NCBI GenBank assembly: GCA_964247055.1
Contig: OZ176060.1
Location: 248,001 to 312,000, forward strand
Source of the DNA: Paragordius varius
Lineage: Eukaryota; Animalia; Nematomorpha
Reading direction: 5' to 3'
DNA: 64,000 bases
Part shown: positions 1-12,194 of the stretch, in pieces
Numbering within the stretch: the stretch's first letter is position 1
Layout: each line of letters starts with the position of its first letter
The notes under the pieces: generated by a model
Databases searched by the model: none
What the model saw: only the letters and a program-made list of their open reading frames with translations
What the model was told of the DNA's origin: nothing
Made by a program: the position numbers and the translations under genes

Positions 1-275
1 TTAATTTTTGAGTGTTTAAAGACTCACTTTTTCCATTATTATTGTTATCATTAAATAAATTGTTAATATCATTTAAGCTTATGTCATTGGAATCAACATT
101 TGAACATACCGAGGTATTATCTTTTACATTTTTTGGTGGTTTCAGCGAAAGATTTAACTCCGTATGTTTTCCAACCAAATAAATTATCAAGATATTGTTG
201 ATTTCGGTATTTGAAATTTTTTGCTGATTGTGAAGTATTTTCACTTTTATTTATTTTAGATAACAAAAGTTACGA
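1..275 (-). pseudogene. Zinc-finger paralog A, N-terminal/linker part of the main exon; runs off the left edge
   Basis: Minus strand reads ...NFCYLK*...LIIYLVGKHTELNLSLKPPKNVKDNTSVCSNVDSNDISLNDINNLFNDNNNNGKSESLNTQKL. This is clearly homologous to the linker of copies D-G; there is a stop/frameshift near 250. Confidence 0.8.
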
Positions 276-559
276 ATCATTGGTGTACTCTCTATACAAC
301 TCGAAGAAGAGTGTATTTTTATAAAAAACGATAAAGTTACATATTTTTCACAAAATCTTTCCAAGTAACAAACAAATGAACGAATTCACCATATGTATCT
401 TTAATGATGTGAACGTAAATCAATTAGATGGCATATTTTATATATATAATTATAATATATAGCTTAAAGTTCTTGGCATAAACTTAACTTAATCTAATTG
501 AAAAAATATTTATTTTTACAAGGTGTAAATAGGTTTTTCATAATTTTACGAAATAAAAT

Positions 560-1770
560 ATTTAATATTTAACATAATGTGCCCAAATTTTGCCATACTC
601 TGTTAATAAACCGTTACAATTAAAGTGTAATTTTGTCAGTCGTGAAGATCAAAACCAAAAGCCCTATGATATTCCTGATACTTTTCCTATCGAATAAATT
701 TTATAATTTAAGAAAGAAGCCTTTAGGAAGAGGATATAAATTAATTGTATTAGCACGAGCTGATAAAAAATATAACGCTGAGTTTTTTTGAGAAAAATTT
801 GACTTTATTTGGTCCTTCATGAAGTCGAATTCACTACTACTAGTAGTCTACGAGCAGTATTAAATGTGTTATTAATTATCCAAATTTGTTAAAATTTTTT
901 ATATTTATAATAATAAAAATTGTAGTATTTTATATTTTTGTACTATGCAAATATTATATCCATTAGTTTACTCGTATAATTTTAATGTATTATCGCTAAT
1001 TATATTTATTTGGTAAATTACTTTCATAGAAATTTTGCTTAAAACCTATATACTAAGTGAATGATCATTTTCGCATACCTTTTATTATAGCAGATTAATC
1101 TAAAAAGTTAACTAATTATAAAGTATTTGTTAAGTATATGCCATCTTTATCTTTATATTTAATATATATTGTAATTAGTTTAAAGATAGTTCATTAGGAA
1201 TGTATAAAAAGTTATGTTACAATGTTGACTCACCAATAACATATTTTATTGTGTAATTCATTTAAATGCTAGAATTGGCATATAAAAGTCGCAAAAATAA
1301 TTTAAATTTATATGCATTCAATTATTTTGATATAAATTACATTTTATATTATGCGAAATCCTCTAAATTATTCTACATTTTACCATCCTAAAAAATATAA
1401 ACATATTTAGGAGGCAGGTATATATAGACTGCTGTGTTTTGTCCATATTTGGGTATCAATAGCAACATAAAGGGAATTCTTCCATGATTCAGTAAAAATC
1501 AAACTTATACGGCAAAAAACTTAAAAATATAAAGAATTATTTAAAAGATATCCATTTTATAAACATTTTTGGCATAATTATTGAAATGTTTTAATTGTGA
1601 AATATGTAATGATTATGAGCATATACTTTTGCTACTTTGCAATATTAACCAATGATATATTAAAAAATAAAAACTAAAAGTACTTAGAAAAAAATAATTA
1701 ACTATATTTTACGTTTTGTCTGTATATCAATTACGACTGTATTAAGAAATAAAATAAATTAACTGCTTAT
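560..1770. repeat. Segmental duplication, direct copy of 51065-52372
   Basis: Long near-identical blocks, e.g. GATCAAAACCAAAAGCCCTATGATATTCCTGATACTTTTCCTATCGAATA and GCTGTGTTTTGTCCATATTTGGGTATCAATAGCAACATAA. The match ends at AACTGCTTAT (1770/52372). Confidence 0.9.
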
Positions 1771-2972
1771 TGGATGGCTTAGAGCCTATGTTGTTTCCGT
1801 AATGCTTAAAAATAGCATGAATAAGGCTTTAACAAAAAGATATTAAATTTATAAACAAAGTATGCAATTTTTTAAAAAAATATTTTTTATAATCTATGAT
1901 ATATTTATAAATTTCATCTCGGCTTATTAACATTAAGTATGGATCAAATTGTTTTTAAAAACCATTTTTAAATTTATAAAAATACCCTTAAAGTGCAAAT
2001 GGTAATTTAAATTTGGTTGCGTCATTTTAAATAGGTTCAGTATTTTTATAGATATAAAAATTTATATTGGCTTATCTATGAGAAAGCTTATAGTCGCATC
2101 ACAACTAGCTTCTATAGCGTAGGTATATGAGCAAATGTGTAGTATCTTATATATTTGAATTAATTTTTATTATTATAAATTCGTACAAATTAAATAAATT
2201 TGTGTAATTAACCCTTATATATATTTAATAATTTTAACGATTTAAAACATCAGAAGGCAAAAAAGATACTTATTTATTATACCTTATAAAGAATAAATAG
2301 GATGTAAATAAAGTAAATTTATTTCAGTCCATTTACGTTAATTATAAATTATAATATTATAAATATGCCATCTACTTAATGTAAAATGTAACTAAACGGC
2401 CCTGTTATTAATAAAGAAACATGCGTAATGTCCATATAGTTCCCACATATGCAAGTTACATTGGGGTAAATTTGATTTGTTCTTCGTATTTTTCTCCAAT
2501 TTAATTATCTATGATATTATTAAACTTTAAATTTGTTCATCTTTAATCAAAAAGTTTTCTGGACTCATGTCATAGGAAAAATTCCACAATAAATATGGTA
2601 ATATATATTATTTTAATGACCATAAATATAATTCTCCAACATTTGGAAAACGAAATAAGAAACTTTGGTAACCATTCTGCATTTACCTAAAAACTACGGC
2701 ATTTCAGATTGGAGCATTTGTTGTAAATTATGACTTTAATTTTTTAAAAAAAAACAGGTTTATAATGATGATCTATAAAAGTATAACTTTTTAATGTAAT
2801 TTGTCTATAAAAATTAACATAAATGAGGATCTAATTTATCTTGATTAGTAATAATCTGAATTTCCTCTTAAGCATTTAACAGCATAAATAGGTTAAATTT
2901 CAGAGAAAAATTAAGATAACAAACAATTTCGAGAATATATTTTTTTGTCAATAAACAAACATCTATAAAACC

Positions 2973-3138
2973 AATTTATTAAAAAATTAAGCTGAAATGC
3001 GTACAAATATAAAAAATATATTTTTTAATTTTCGACTTTTATAAGAGTCTTTATCGAAAGACTTAACTATAAAAGTCGAAAATTAAATTATATATTTTTT
3101 ATATTTGTAAGCACTTCAGCTTAATTTTTTAATAAATT
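2973..3138. repeat. Near-perfect 166-bp palindrome (foldback)
   Basis: Arms AATTTATTAAAAAATTAAGCTGAA...TTTTCGACTTTTATA and TATAAAAGTCGAAAA...TTCAGCTTAATTTTTTAATAAATT; central hairpin AGTCTTT-ATCG-AAAGACT. Confidence 0.9.
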
Positions 3139-4234
3139 TTATAAATATAATGCGTAATTCTCCCAATTATAATATCTAAAATCAATTTAACCTTTTTCTT
3201 AAAATCAAGAGGATTTTCCTTGCTTATTACGTTTTGCATTTTTTATTTTTTAAAAGTGTAAATAACTTTCTTATATCACTCGTAAGGGCCTAAACCATAA
3301 GCACCATGATAATTATGATATAATTCCTATCAATATAATAAATTTTTAATAAACATATAATAATTTAGACACGATATACTATTTCATAATTTATTAAATA
3401 TAGAAAAATGTCATTTATACTATATCAAAAGTTAAATAATCCATATTTTTCTATAAGTATATTTGCACTTTCAATAAATATAATATGCAGTTTTTTATAG
3501 ATAAAAGCTTATAAAGCAATTATAGTACTAAACAGGCCATCTATTTATAGAAATTATAAAATTTACTGAGGGGAAAAACGTAACATAACGGCAAATATTT
3601 TTTTTCAAAAGACAACCATTCTTAAACCTTTTTTTGCCCATGTAAGTTTATTAAGTGTATAATACATAATTGATTGTGTAATCAATATACTCTTTCAACT
3701 TTGCAGTATATATTAATTAGGTATTTTCAAATATATCAAGTTTTTAAAAGTACAGCGGTCTTTTGAAAAAAACATTGGTGTCTTTATTATCTGTATAATT
3801 CCAAATTTTACTGTAATCTAAACATTCATTTATATACTAATGAGTGTAGCTATATCAGCTCCTCCATTTATTCCTTTTTTGTTTTAGCAATATTATATAA
3901 ATATTTATATTTTTATTTAAGGTACTGTCAATTTATTATCATTTAAAAAAAATTTACATACATAAAAAATTATTATTTTCCCATTTACGTAAGAATTATT
4001 AAAATGATTATATGCGTAAAAATGTTAGATTGTTTGACATCAATACATTTTGCTAGCAAATTTTTATAAATCTATAAAATTTTTCCATAGTACCATAAAG
4101 CGAAACGATTATAATTGCAAAAGGAATAGAATGTCATTAATTTATATCTTATCCCTTAAATTCCATTAAATAAATTATATAAAAATCAAGGTTTAAATTT
4201 GAACTTTTTGATAAAACAGTAAATAATTATTTAG

Positions 4235-4251
4235 CCCCCCCCCCCCCCCCC
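4235..4251. repeat. Poly-C tract (17 nt)
   Basis: Seen directly. Confidence 0.95.
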
Positions 4252-4341
4252 TTTTTGTAAATTATATTTATATAATTAACGAGACCATAACTAATGCAGT
4301 AAACTAAAGCATTAATCTGGTCAGAAATTATATTTTAAAAA

Positions 4342-4800
4342 AGGGTGACCAAGATATAACCAATAAAAGATAATCTCCTTATGACATATACCAGAAGTGT
4401 TGCAAAAGGAATGTCATTCACCAGACGTTCCGCTTTTGGGGGGACAGTCCCGATTTTTTACCATTTATCCCGCGTCCCTCTACTTTTTTTAAAAGTCCCA
4501 ACTTTCAGAATCCAGATAAATTATATATTAAACTCATTGTTTTGAGCTTTCTTGTGTCCATACTGCTAACTGAACAGTCAAATCCGGTATACTCACGCTT
4601 ACGATATTATAAAAAGTGGTTTATTTATATTGATATAATTTATTTTAGATCAATGATTTACCAAGTAAATTTCCTTTTATTGAAATATCTAAAGGACTAC
4701 TCGGTAAAACACTTGCAAGGGCGAATTCAGTAATTTGCACAGCGGATAACAAAGAATGACTCAGAATAATGTCAGTTTATTTTTCAAAAAACAACTTATG
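4342..4800 (+). mobile_element. Possible hAT-type DNA transposon remnant
   Basis: AGGGTGACCA (4342) and CACCAGACGTTCCGCTTTTGGGGGACAGTCCCGATTTTT (4419-4458) resemble a terminus I associate with hAT-type elements. A coding-like stretch NDLPSKFPFIEISKGLLGKTLARANSVICT follows at ~4652-4745. Confidence 0.4.
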
Positions 4801-7384
4801 AGGATGAAAAAGAGAAAGAATAGGACTTATATATTTTAACGCTGTTAATCACAATCATTCCTTCAGATCTAAGGATTACAAATTATCAGAAAACTATTTT
4901 AAAAAAAATTTTTTATAATATTTTTTTCAAAAAATTTTTTAAAAAAATAAACATCTAAAATTAAAAATTTTTTTATAAAATAATAAATCAAAAAATTTTA
5001 TAAAAAAATAACATACCTATTACGAAAAATTATTTTACAATCATTTGAGGTTCAAATTTAATTTAGATTTACTTTACCCGATCCTAAAAATTTAGCTCTG
5101 TCATTGATATTTTGGAAAAAAATATTTATAACAAAAAATTATCGCATACTGTTCAGACAATACGAATACTAACATCGGAGGAAATATGAGAAGATGCACA
5201 AATATTTTTAAAATTTAGTGTAAAAAGTAACAAAAGAATAAATCATAAAACTTGAAAGATAATTTATTCGTTTTTAATACTCTTTATATAAGATTTTAAG
5301 TGAACTAATTTGCATGATATTAAATAAATCAAATAAAATTACGAGTAACTAATGGATCTGTTATTTACATAATACAAAAATATAAAAAAATACAATGCAA
5401 ATCTCACTAAAAACTATATCATAAAATATATATAATTTGCATATGTTTGAGAAGTATGGTTGTTGTATTCTAGAAAAATTTGTCTTTTTATTTCTACGTT
5501 TGTCTATATAATTTTTAATGTAAATCTTATAAATATTATTTGAATGAATTCAATAAATATTTGATCATAGGGTATTATAATATAATTAATATTTTAGTAT
5601 GGGAGACCTATATTATAAGTTAAATCTTAAAAACCTAAATAGTTGCGTTCCGCACATAATACTATTAGGAAACCTGAGGGAATATTAACAATATTGACAC
5701 CATAAAACAATAATTTATTAGATAATTAACTATAAAATAAAGTTTAACTATCCTCAATAAATAAAAGTTTTAACTATATCAATATTCAGGTTATTTGAAA
5801 ATTATTTTATATTAGTCAGCCAAAAATTAAATAATATTACATAGACGAATCAGGATTTTATTAACAATGAATAAGGTAGCTTAGTTACATTTTAATTTTA
5901 TAATATTTATGCCAACTTTTTCATCGAGTTAAAAAAAAACAAAAGTCCCACAATCAGTCAATAAAAATTATAAATTAAGATCAAATAGAAACTCTATTTT
6001 AATATAATATCTGTAAAATACTTGCCATCTATTTTAAAAAATCTATAAATTCTTTTGTAAATGATAAAAATTCATCAACCTTCAGCTGAATGTTTCAATT
6101 ACACAAATTATATATACTATCTTTCCAAAAAATATTAGATATTTCTGTATATCTAGATTAATTTTTAATATTTATTTGTTTCTATGTATTTTTTACACAA
6201 TACAGTTTAGTAAAAGAGCGGATTTCTTTTTAATTTTAGTCATTTTTTATACAATTTGGTTAAATATTTATTAATTTTTATGTAAAATAAAACACACAAT
6301 CACAAAAATATTTTTTAATTTGTTTGATTTATATATTTCTATGCATGCGTAAGGGTTTAACCCAGGTTTGAGCTGATGACGTATAAGAGCGTGGCTCGTT
6401 AATTAAACCGTACAGCCTGTATCTTCTATGAAAAACTTAGAGTATTTACCAAATCAGACAAGACATTTTACATCTTTATATATTTTTAGTTGAAATATTT
6501 ATAGATATATAATATTATTTTCAAATTATTGGAATTTCCTCCAATATTACGAAATAAGGACGCCGACCTCGAAGCTGTTGATTATCTTTCTTAAATATCA
6601 GAACTTCACCTGGATGCTCTATATTTGGCACACTACATTCAAAGATAATTTACATTAACAACCAGATTTTACGTATGATGAAAATTATGACATCCTTTTT
6701 ATTTTTAACATTTATTTAATAATATAATTTAAAATTAATGTTGAGCCTAAATGCCGTAAAAATTTGAATATTTCATAAAACTTTATAAATACTTAGAATG
6801 TATTAAAAAGTCAACATAAAAATATCAGAATATAGTCTGGTCCGACTTTCAATATAAATGTTTAAGTTATATATGAACATAATCCTTAGTATATTTAATA
6901 TAATAAGCATAATGTAATATTTCTCAGACAAACATTTTTCAAGAAACCATCGAATGATTAATTTGACATCTTTCTTTTTACAATGCATGGCCGGTTATAA
7001 CATAAATTAATTATATAGATGGCGTTTTTTAACTGTAATTACTATATATTGGAATCACTGTACTAAAATTATATTAATTTATTTAACTAAAAGTTTGTTC
7101 TTTACAGGGTTAAAAATAGCAACTTTCTTATATCCATAAAGTTTTTAATAATCATTATATATTTATATAAATACTACACTATCGCCGATATGGCTGTTAA
7201 AGTCTCCTAGGTATTTTTAATTTTTGGCTATAAATGAATATTTCTTTAATATATCATAATTTTTGGTGGTAATTTCTTACTCCCATTTAATATTGTACCT
7301 TAAGTAATTTTACCTGGCCAATATTTAAAAAATGCTGCCTTTTAGGATGAAATTTTGAAGTATCCAAAATTGTAAAATAAACCC

Positions 7385-7730
7385 ACATTTTCGCCGCTAT
7401 TTTGTTCTTTAATTATTTTAAACCGTAAATACAGCACGCAAACAGTGTTTATTAAGGGAAAAGATAAATTAACATGGATAGTTTCTAATATTGTAAATTA
7501 CCGGCAAATATATTTCATTTTAATATCAACTGTTTGTATTGTGTTTTGGAGCTATCTCAATTTCTAGAGGTTTACTGTGAATTCTATTTTTTTTATCTAA
7601 TACCTAGAGAGATTAATAATTATATTAAGCAACAACTCTTAAAACTAGTATTTACTAAGTTCATTATGAAATGCCCCCAAAATATCGTTTGCAAAAAAAT
7701 GAAAAGCTAAAATGAACAGTTTATAAAATC
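7385..7730. repeat. Direct repeat of 12195-12510
   Basis: Shared TTTTCGCCGC, TTCATTTTAATATCAACTGTTT, CAACTCTTAAAAC and TGCCCCCAAAATATCGT...AAAGCTAAAATGAA. Confidence 0.85.
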
Positions 7731-8245
7731 TAAAAATTTAATATTAATTAATTAATATTCAGTTCTATAATTTTAATAATAAATTTTATAAATTTACGGA
7801 TTAGTTATTAAAGCCACAACGCACTATTGAATATTTAAAAAAACAATATTAAACTCAAATTTAGATGTAAAAAAATAGATGGATTTTCATTATAATTTAA
7901 AATTTATTAAACTGGAAAATCTTGTAAATATTAACATATATTTTCTCAAGAAAAATATTAAATTGGTTTATAATTTATTATAAATAATTTTCATATAATT
8001 GTGTGTCATTTTTATAGAATATTTTATAAAAAAAATATTTTTAACCAGATTTCATGTGTGTTATTCTCAGTAACCTAACATTACTATTAATAAATTTTAT
8101 TTAGTTTAAATTTGATGGCCCGCGTTCGACCCATCTGACGCAACTTCGAAAACGAAAAATTCTTAATTAATTTTAAATCAAAATTATTTTTATTTATACC
8201 AATTATTATAATTATCATGCTATTATCAAGAATGAATTGTGTTCT

Positions 8246-8654
8246 GGTTGGAGGGAGGGACAAATCGTCGACAGAACGGGATGGTTATTGTACAATGTCA
8301 ACGACAATGGCAAAATTATCCGCAAACATGCTGATCAATTAAGGAATCGCATGGATTGGTCGACCGAAGGAGAAGACGGGAGAAGTGAGGAAAAGACTAA
8401 AAACTTAAAATGATAATAACAGTGAGGAAAAGACTAAAAACTTAACCAACAACTTAAACAACAATGATAATAACCTCCGAAAACATCCCACGGAACATGA
8501 AATAAGAACCCCTGAAAACATCGAGGAGAATCCGGAATCAGAAAGTGCGCCTTCAAGTGAGAATACTCCCGTGCAAACAAGTGACACTTCTCCTACTACA
8601 ACTCGCCGGTACCCGATTAGATCCCGAAAGCCACCCGACCGATATCAAGCTTAA
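8246..8654 (+). pseudogene. Gypsy/Ty3 LTR retrotransposon pol C-terminus (end of integrase), frameshifted
   Basis: Reads GWREGQIVDRTGWLLYNVNDNGKIIRKHADQLRNR (W..G.I...G...Y.V...H.DQLR pattern) and ends TRRYPIRSRKPPDRYQA* (RxSxRxRxPPxRY-type tail). A 25-bp repeat offset by 37 bp (8384/8421) breaks the frame. Confidence 0.85.
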
Positions 8655-8950
8655 GGAAGAAGGTATGTTAAAAGGGTTATCATCATACGCAAATTATCCT
8701 TCTCTTTTTTAGTGCATAATACACTTTGGTCCTTGTTACGTTAAAAATATATATTACCTTGGTTGTGAATGCAAACAACGTTTAAACCACACAACTTTAT
8801 CCTTGTGAATGCAATAACCAAATTTCCTAATGTATATAAGGAATCATTGTAACACACAGAACACATTATATTATATTATTCAGTTTTGATGTTATACTAA
8901 ATAAATAAATATATCCTTTATAATTTATATTAGCTATCTATTTATTTTCC
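8653..8950 (+). mobile_element. Polypurine tract and 3' LTR of the Gypsy element (right boundary uncertain)
   Basis: Purine run AAGGAAGAAGG (8653-8663) directly after the stop, then TGTTA at 8666; AATAAA at ~8900. The terminal CA was not identified. Confidence 0.6.
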
Positions 8951-9091
8951 AAGTTAATTCTATCTTTTATCAGTTTTTCTCATTCATTCAAAAAATGCAC
9001 GAAATTACCTTAGTAAAATATTCCAATTCAATAGGATTCGTATTTTATTTTATTTTTACTAATTGATATATATTTATGTATTTCTTTTTTA

Positions 9092-9196
9092 ATTATTATT
9101 ATTATTATTATATTTTGGTTAAAATTTTTTGATTCTTTTTTAGATTATTATTATTATTATTATATTTTTGGTTAAAATTTTTTGATTCTTTTTTAG
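9092..9196. repeat. Tandem dimer of a ~52-bp unit beginning with (ATT)n
   Basis: (ATT)n-ATATTTTGGTTAAAATTTTTTGATTCTTTTTTAG occurs twice. Confidence 0.9.
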
Positions 9197-9598
9197 TTGC
9201 TTTACAGATTAGATCTTAGAGTTTATTATCTATATTATTCTTCTTTATTGTATTTTTGTTTTTTATGAGTGTTTTTTGTAAGGCGTGCAGGCCAGACCCG
9301 GCCAGTCGCTGCACGGAGGTAGGGGCCAATAGGGATAAGGAAGGTTGTAAAATGTGTTTTACCAGTATAAATGTTGGTTCGTTAAAAAGTAAGTTATATG
9401 ATTTAGTTGAAACTATGAGAAAAAGGTAAATTTTTTGTGCATTCAGGAGACCAGGAAATGGTACTAAGACGTTAGAGGGTAATTATAAAATGTTTTATTC
9501 AGGTTCTACGGATGGTTACAGTGGGGTTGCCATAATAGTGTGCCCAAGATTTGCCAATCAAGTAATTGAGGTTAGACGTGCTGACAGTAGAATCATAA

Positions 9599-10129
9599 GT
9601 GTCGACCTTGTTAAATAAGAGGGTTTTTACTATATTTAGCGTTTATGCCCCCCAGATAGGTTTAACCAAACCGGAGAAAGATAAATTTTATGATTTGTTA
9701 GACGCAGAAATGACTTCATTAACGAAAGACAGAGAAATTATATTTTGTGGTGATTTCAACGGGCACGTGGGACAAAATAGGAGAGGTTTTGAGCCTTGGC
9801 ACGGCGGAAAAGGTTGCGGGGTTATAAATGAAGAAGGGGCTAGTTTATTAAGATTTGTCCAATTTTATAACTTTGCTATAACAAATACTTTTTTTACGAA
9901 AAGGGATAGCCACTTAATTACCTACGAAAGTGGAAATAAGAAGTTACAAATTGATTATATTCTAGTGCCACGAAAGTCTTTAAAGTTTGTTTTGGACTGC
10001 AAAGTGGTACCTAACTTGCAGATTATCACACAACACAATTTAATTATGTGTAAATATATGACATATATACCAATAAATGCCAAAAAGCCTAAGCTTATAG
10101 CGCCGAAGGTAATTAACTGGGATCCCTAA
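9599..10129 (+). pseudogene. RTE LINE AP-endonuclease domain fragment
   Basis: ORF track: VYAPQIG, FCGDFNGHVG, ITNTFF, QIDYILV. Confidence 0.9.
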
Positions 10130-10801
10130 GAAACAGTAAAGATAGATTCGTAGAAACGGTAGGCATACTAGACAGGAACAGTGATCCAGAAAGTGTTTGG
10201 TCTCAGGTGGCAAAAAAAATAAGAGAAGCGGGAGTTAAGGTGTGCGGATTGAAAGGTGGCAGAAACCAGGTTTATAGAGAAGCATGGCTGAAAGACGAAA
10301 AAATAATTCTGAAATCGCGAGAGAAAAATCAAGCTTTTAAAATGTGGAGGTTTACCCACCAAGCAGAAGACAAGGAAAAATATAAAAGGATTAATAAGGA
10401 ACTTAAAAGGCTTGTAAGATTGGTCAAAAAAGAAAAGACGGCATCATTATATGAAGAGTTGAACAGTAAGCAAGGTCTAAACAAAGTTTTTAAAATTGCT
10501 CGACAAAGACACAGAAGAAAGCTGGACTTGCCCCCTTACGCGACAGCTATTAAAGATAAAAAAGGCAAATTACTCGTTGAGGAAGCGAAAATATTGAAAA
10601 GGTGGAAAGAATATTTCCAGGAGCTTGAATTGGGCGTCAGTGAAACTAGTTTACCCGAAACACAAGATTATATATCTGCGCATATTGAAAGACAAAAGAG
10701 GAAGTCCCTGGTTTAGAAGAGATGTCAATAAATAACGATGCAGGTCCAGACGATATTAACAAAAACTGTTGGAAAATAATGTCAGAGAAAGGTATTGAAT
10801 A

Positions 10802-12120
10802 GTGGATATTTTTAATTATGTAGTTACTACAGGTATGATACCAACTGAATGGAAGGAGAGTTTCACTGTTCCCATTTTCAAGAGTAAAGGAGATATTAAT
10901 GATTGTAATAATTACAGGGGGATAATATTGATGTCGCATACAATGAAGTTATTTGAGAAAGTACTAGAGAAAAGAATAAGAAAAATGGTTAGTATAGAGG
11001 GTAATCAATTTGGTTTTTTCCCAGGAAAATCCACCATTGATCCGATTCACGCAGTAAGAAGGCTAATTGATAAGCATATAGAAATGAAAAAGGAGTTGCA
11101 TGGTATTTGTATTTATATTGAAAAGGCATTTGACAGAATACCTCGGAGCACAATATGGTGAGCTTAAGACGGAAAAAGGTCCCTGAAAGTTACATAAAGA
11201 TTTTAAAAAGCATGTACGAATCACGCCAAACCAAAATTAAAACACACCAGGGAATATCAGGTCCTATTAAAATAAACGAAGGGGTCTATCAGATGTCTGC
11301 AATCAGCCCATTACTATTTATAATATGCATGGACGAAATTTCAAAAGAAGTAGGGCAACATGATGGCTGGTATATTCTTTTTGCAGACGACCTAATGGTG
11401 CTGTCCGACGAGTTGCATGAATTAAAAGAATTGGTGAGTAAATGGATTGATGTGTTACGACGATGCGGATTAAAAGTTAATAAAAAGAAAACGGAACTGA
11501 TAAATTTTGGCGGACAAAAACGAGAAATAGAATTAGAAGGGTGGGTATTAAAAGGTCAGGAGGAATGCAAATATTTAGGAGCGATATTAGCAGCTGATGG
11601 TTCTTTAACACTTGATATTAATTTAAGAATTCGAAATAGTTGGGCAAATTATAAAAAGATCTCAAGTGTTTTGTGCGACAAAAATATTGACCTAAAAGTA
11701 AAGGGTAAGATTTACAGTGCTGTTGTACAACCAACAATGATGTACAACTCACAGACATGGGCAATAAAGAAATCAGAAGAGAGGCACTTTGAGGTTACTG
11801 AAATGAGAATGCTTAGATTGATGTGCGGTGTAACGAGGAATGACAAGGTGAAGAATGTCTACATAAGAGGAAGTACGGAAATCAAATCGGTAACGCAAAA
11901 GATGATGGTAAATGGTTTAAGATGGTTTGGACATGTGGAAAGAAGAGATAAAAATTACATTGGTAAAAAGATTGATGATTATATTGTAAAAGGCAAGAGG
12001 GGAAAAGGGCGCCCTAAAACGCGATGGATAGATACAGTTAAGAGGGACATGGCAAAACTTAACCTAAAACGCGAGGATGCCACAGACAGGGTTCTATGGC
12101 GAAATAGTTTACGGATATGA
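10802..12120 (+). pseudogene. RTE LINE reverse transcriptase and C-terminal region (two frameshifted ORFs, 10802-11161 and 11155-12120)
   Basis: RT motifs including LFADD, KAFD and SPLLF. Confidence 0.92.
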
Positions 12121-12194
12121 CCGCTCGAAAGAGTGATATCATATAATGTAATTATTATTATTATTATTATTTTATTAAATAAACCCAATTTTCA

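Larger units (their letters stand above)
9266..12175 (+). mobile_element. RTE-clade LINE, near full length, single APE+RT ORF broken by stops and frameshifts
   Basis: APE motifs SINVGSL, VYAPQ, GDFNGHVG, QIDYILV. RT motifs WKESFTVPIFKSKGD, NYRGI.LMSHTMKLFEKVLE, NQFGF, EKAFD, QMSAISPLLF, LFADD, KYLG. RTE-typical C-terminus WFGHVERR...RGKGRPKTRWID; (ATT)n 3' tail at ~12150-12172. Confidence 0.95.

Noticed and set aside
6354-6372. GGTTTAACCCAGGTTTGAG resembles nematode SL1 (GGTTTAATTACCCAAGTTTGAG)
   Set aside because: No GT donor follows (CTGATG), no Sm site is evident, and the four paralogous blocks do not keep the 5' part. Not called an SL RNA gene.
8405-12188. Minus-strand ORFs 8405-8587, 10168-10362, 10646-10939, 11979-12188 (and 19190-19378, 19502-19714)
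   Set aside because: Antisense shadows of the Gypsy and RTE coding strands.
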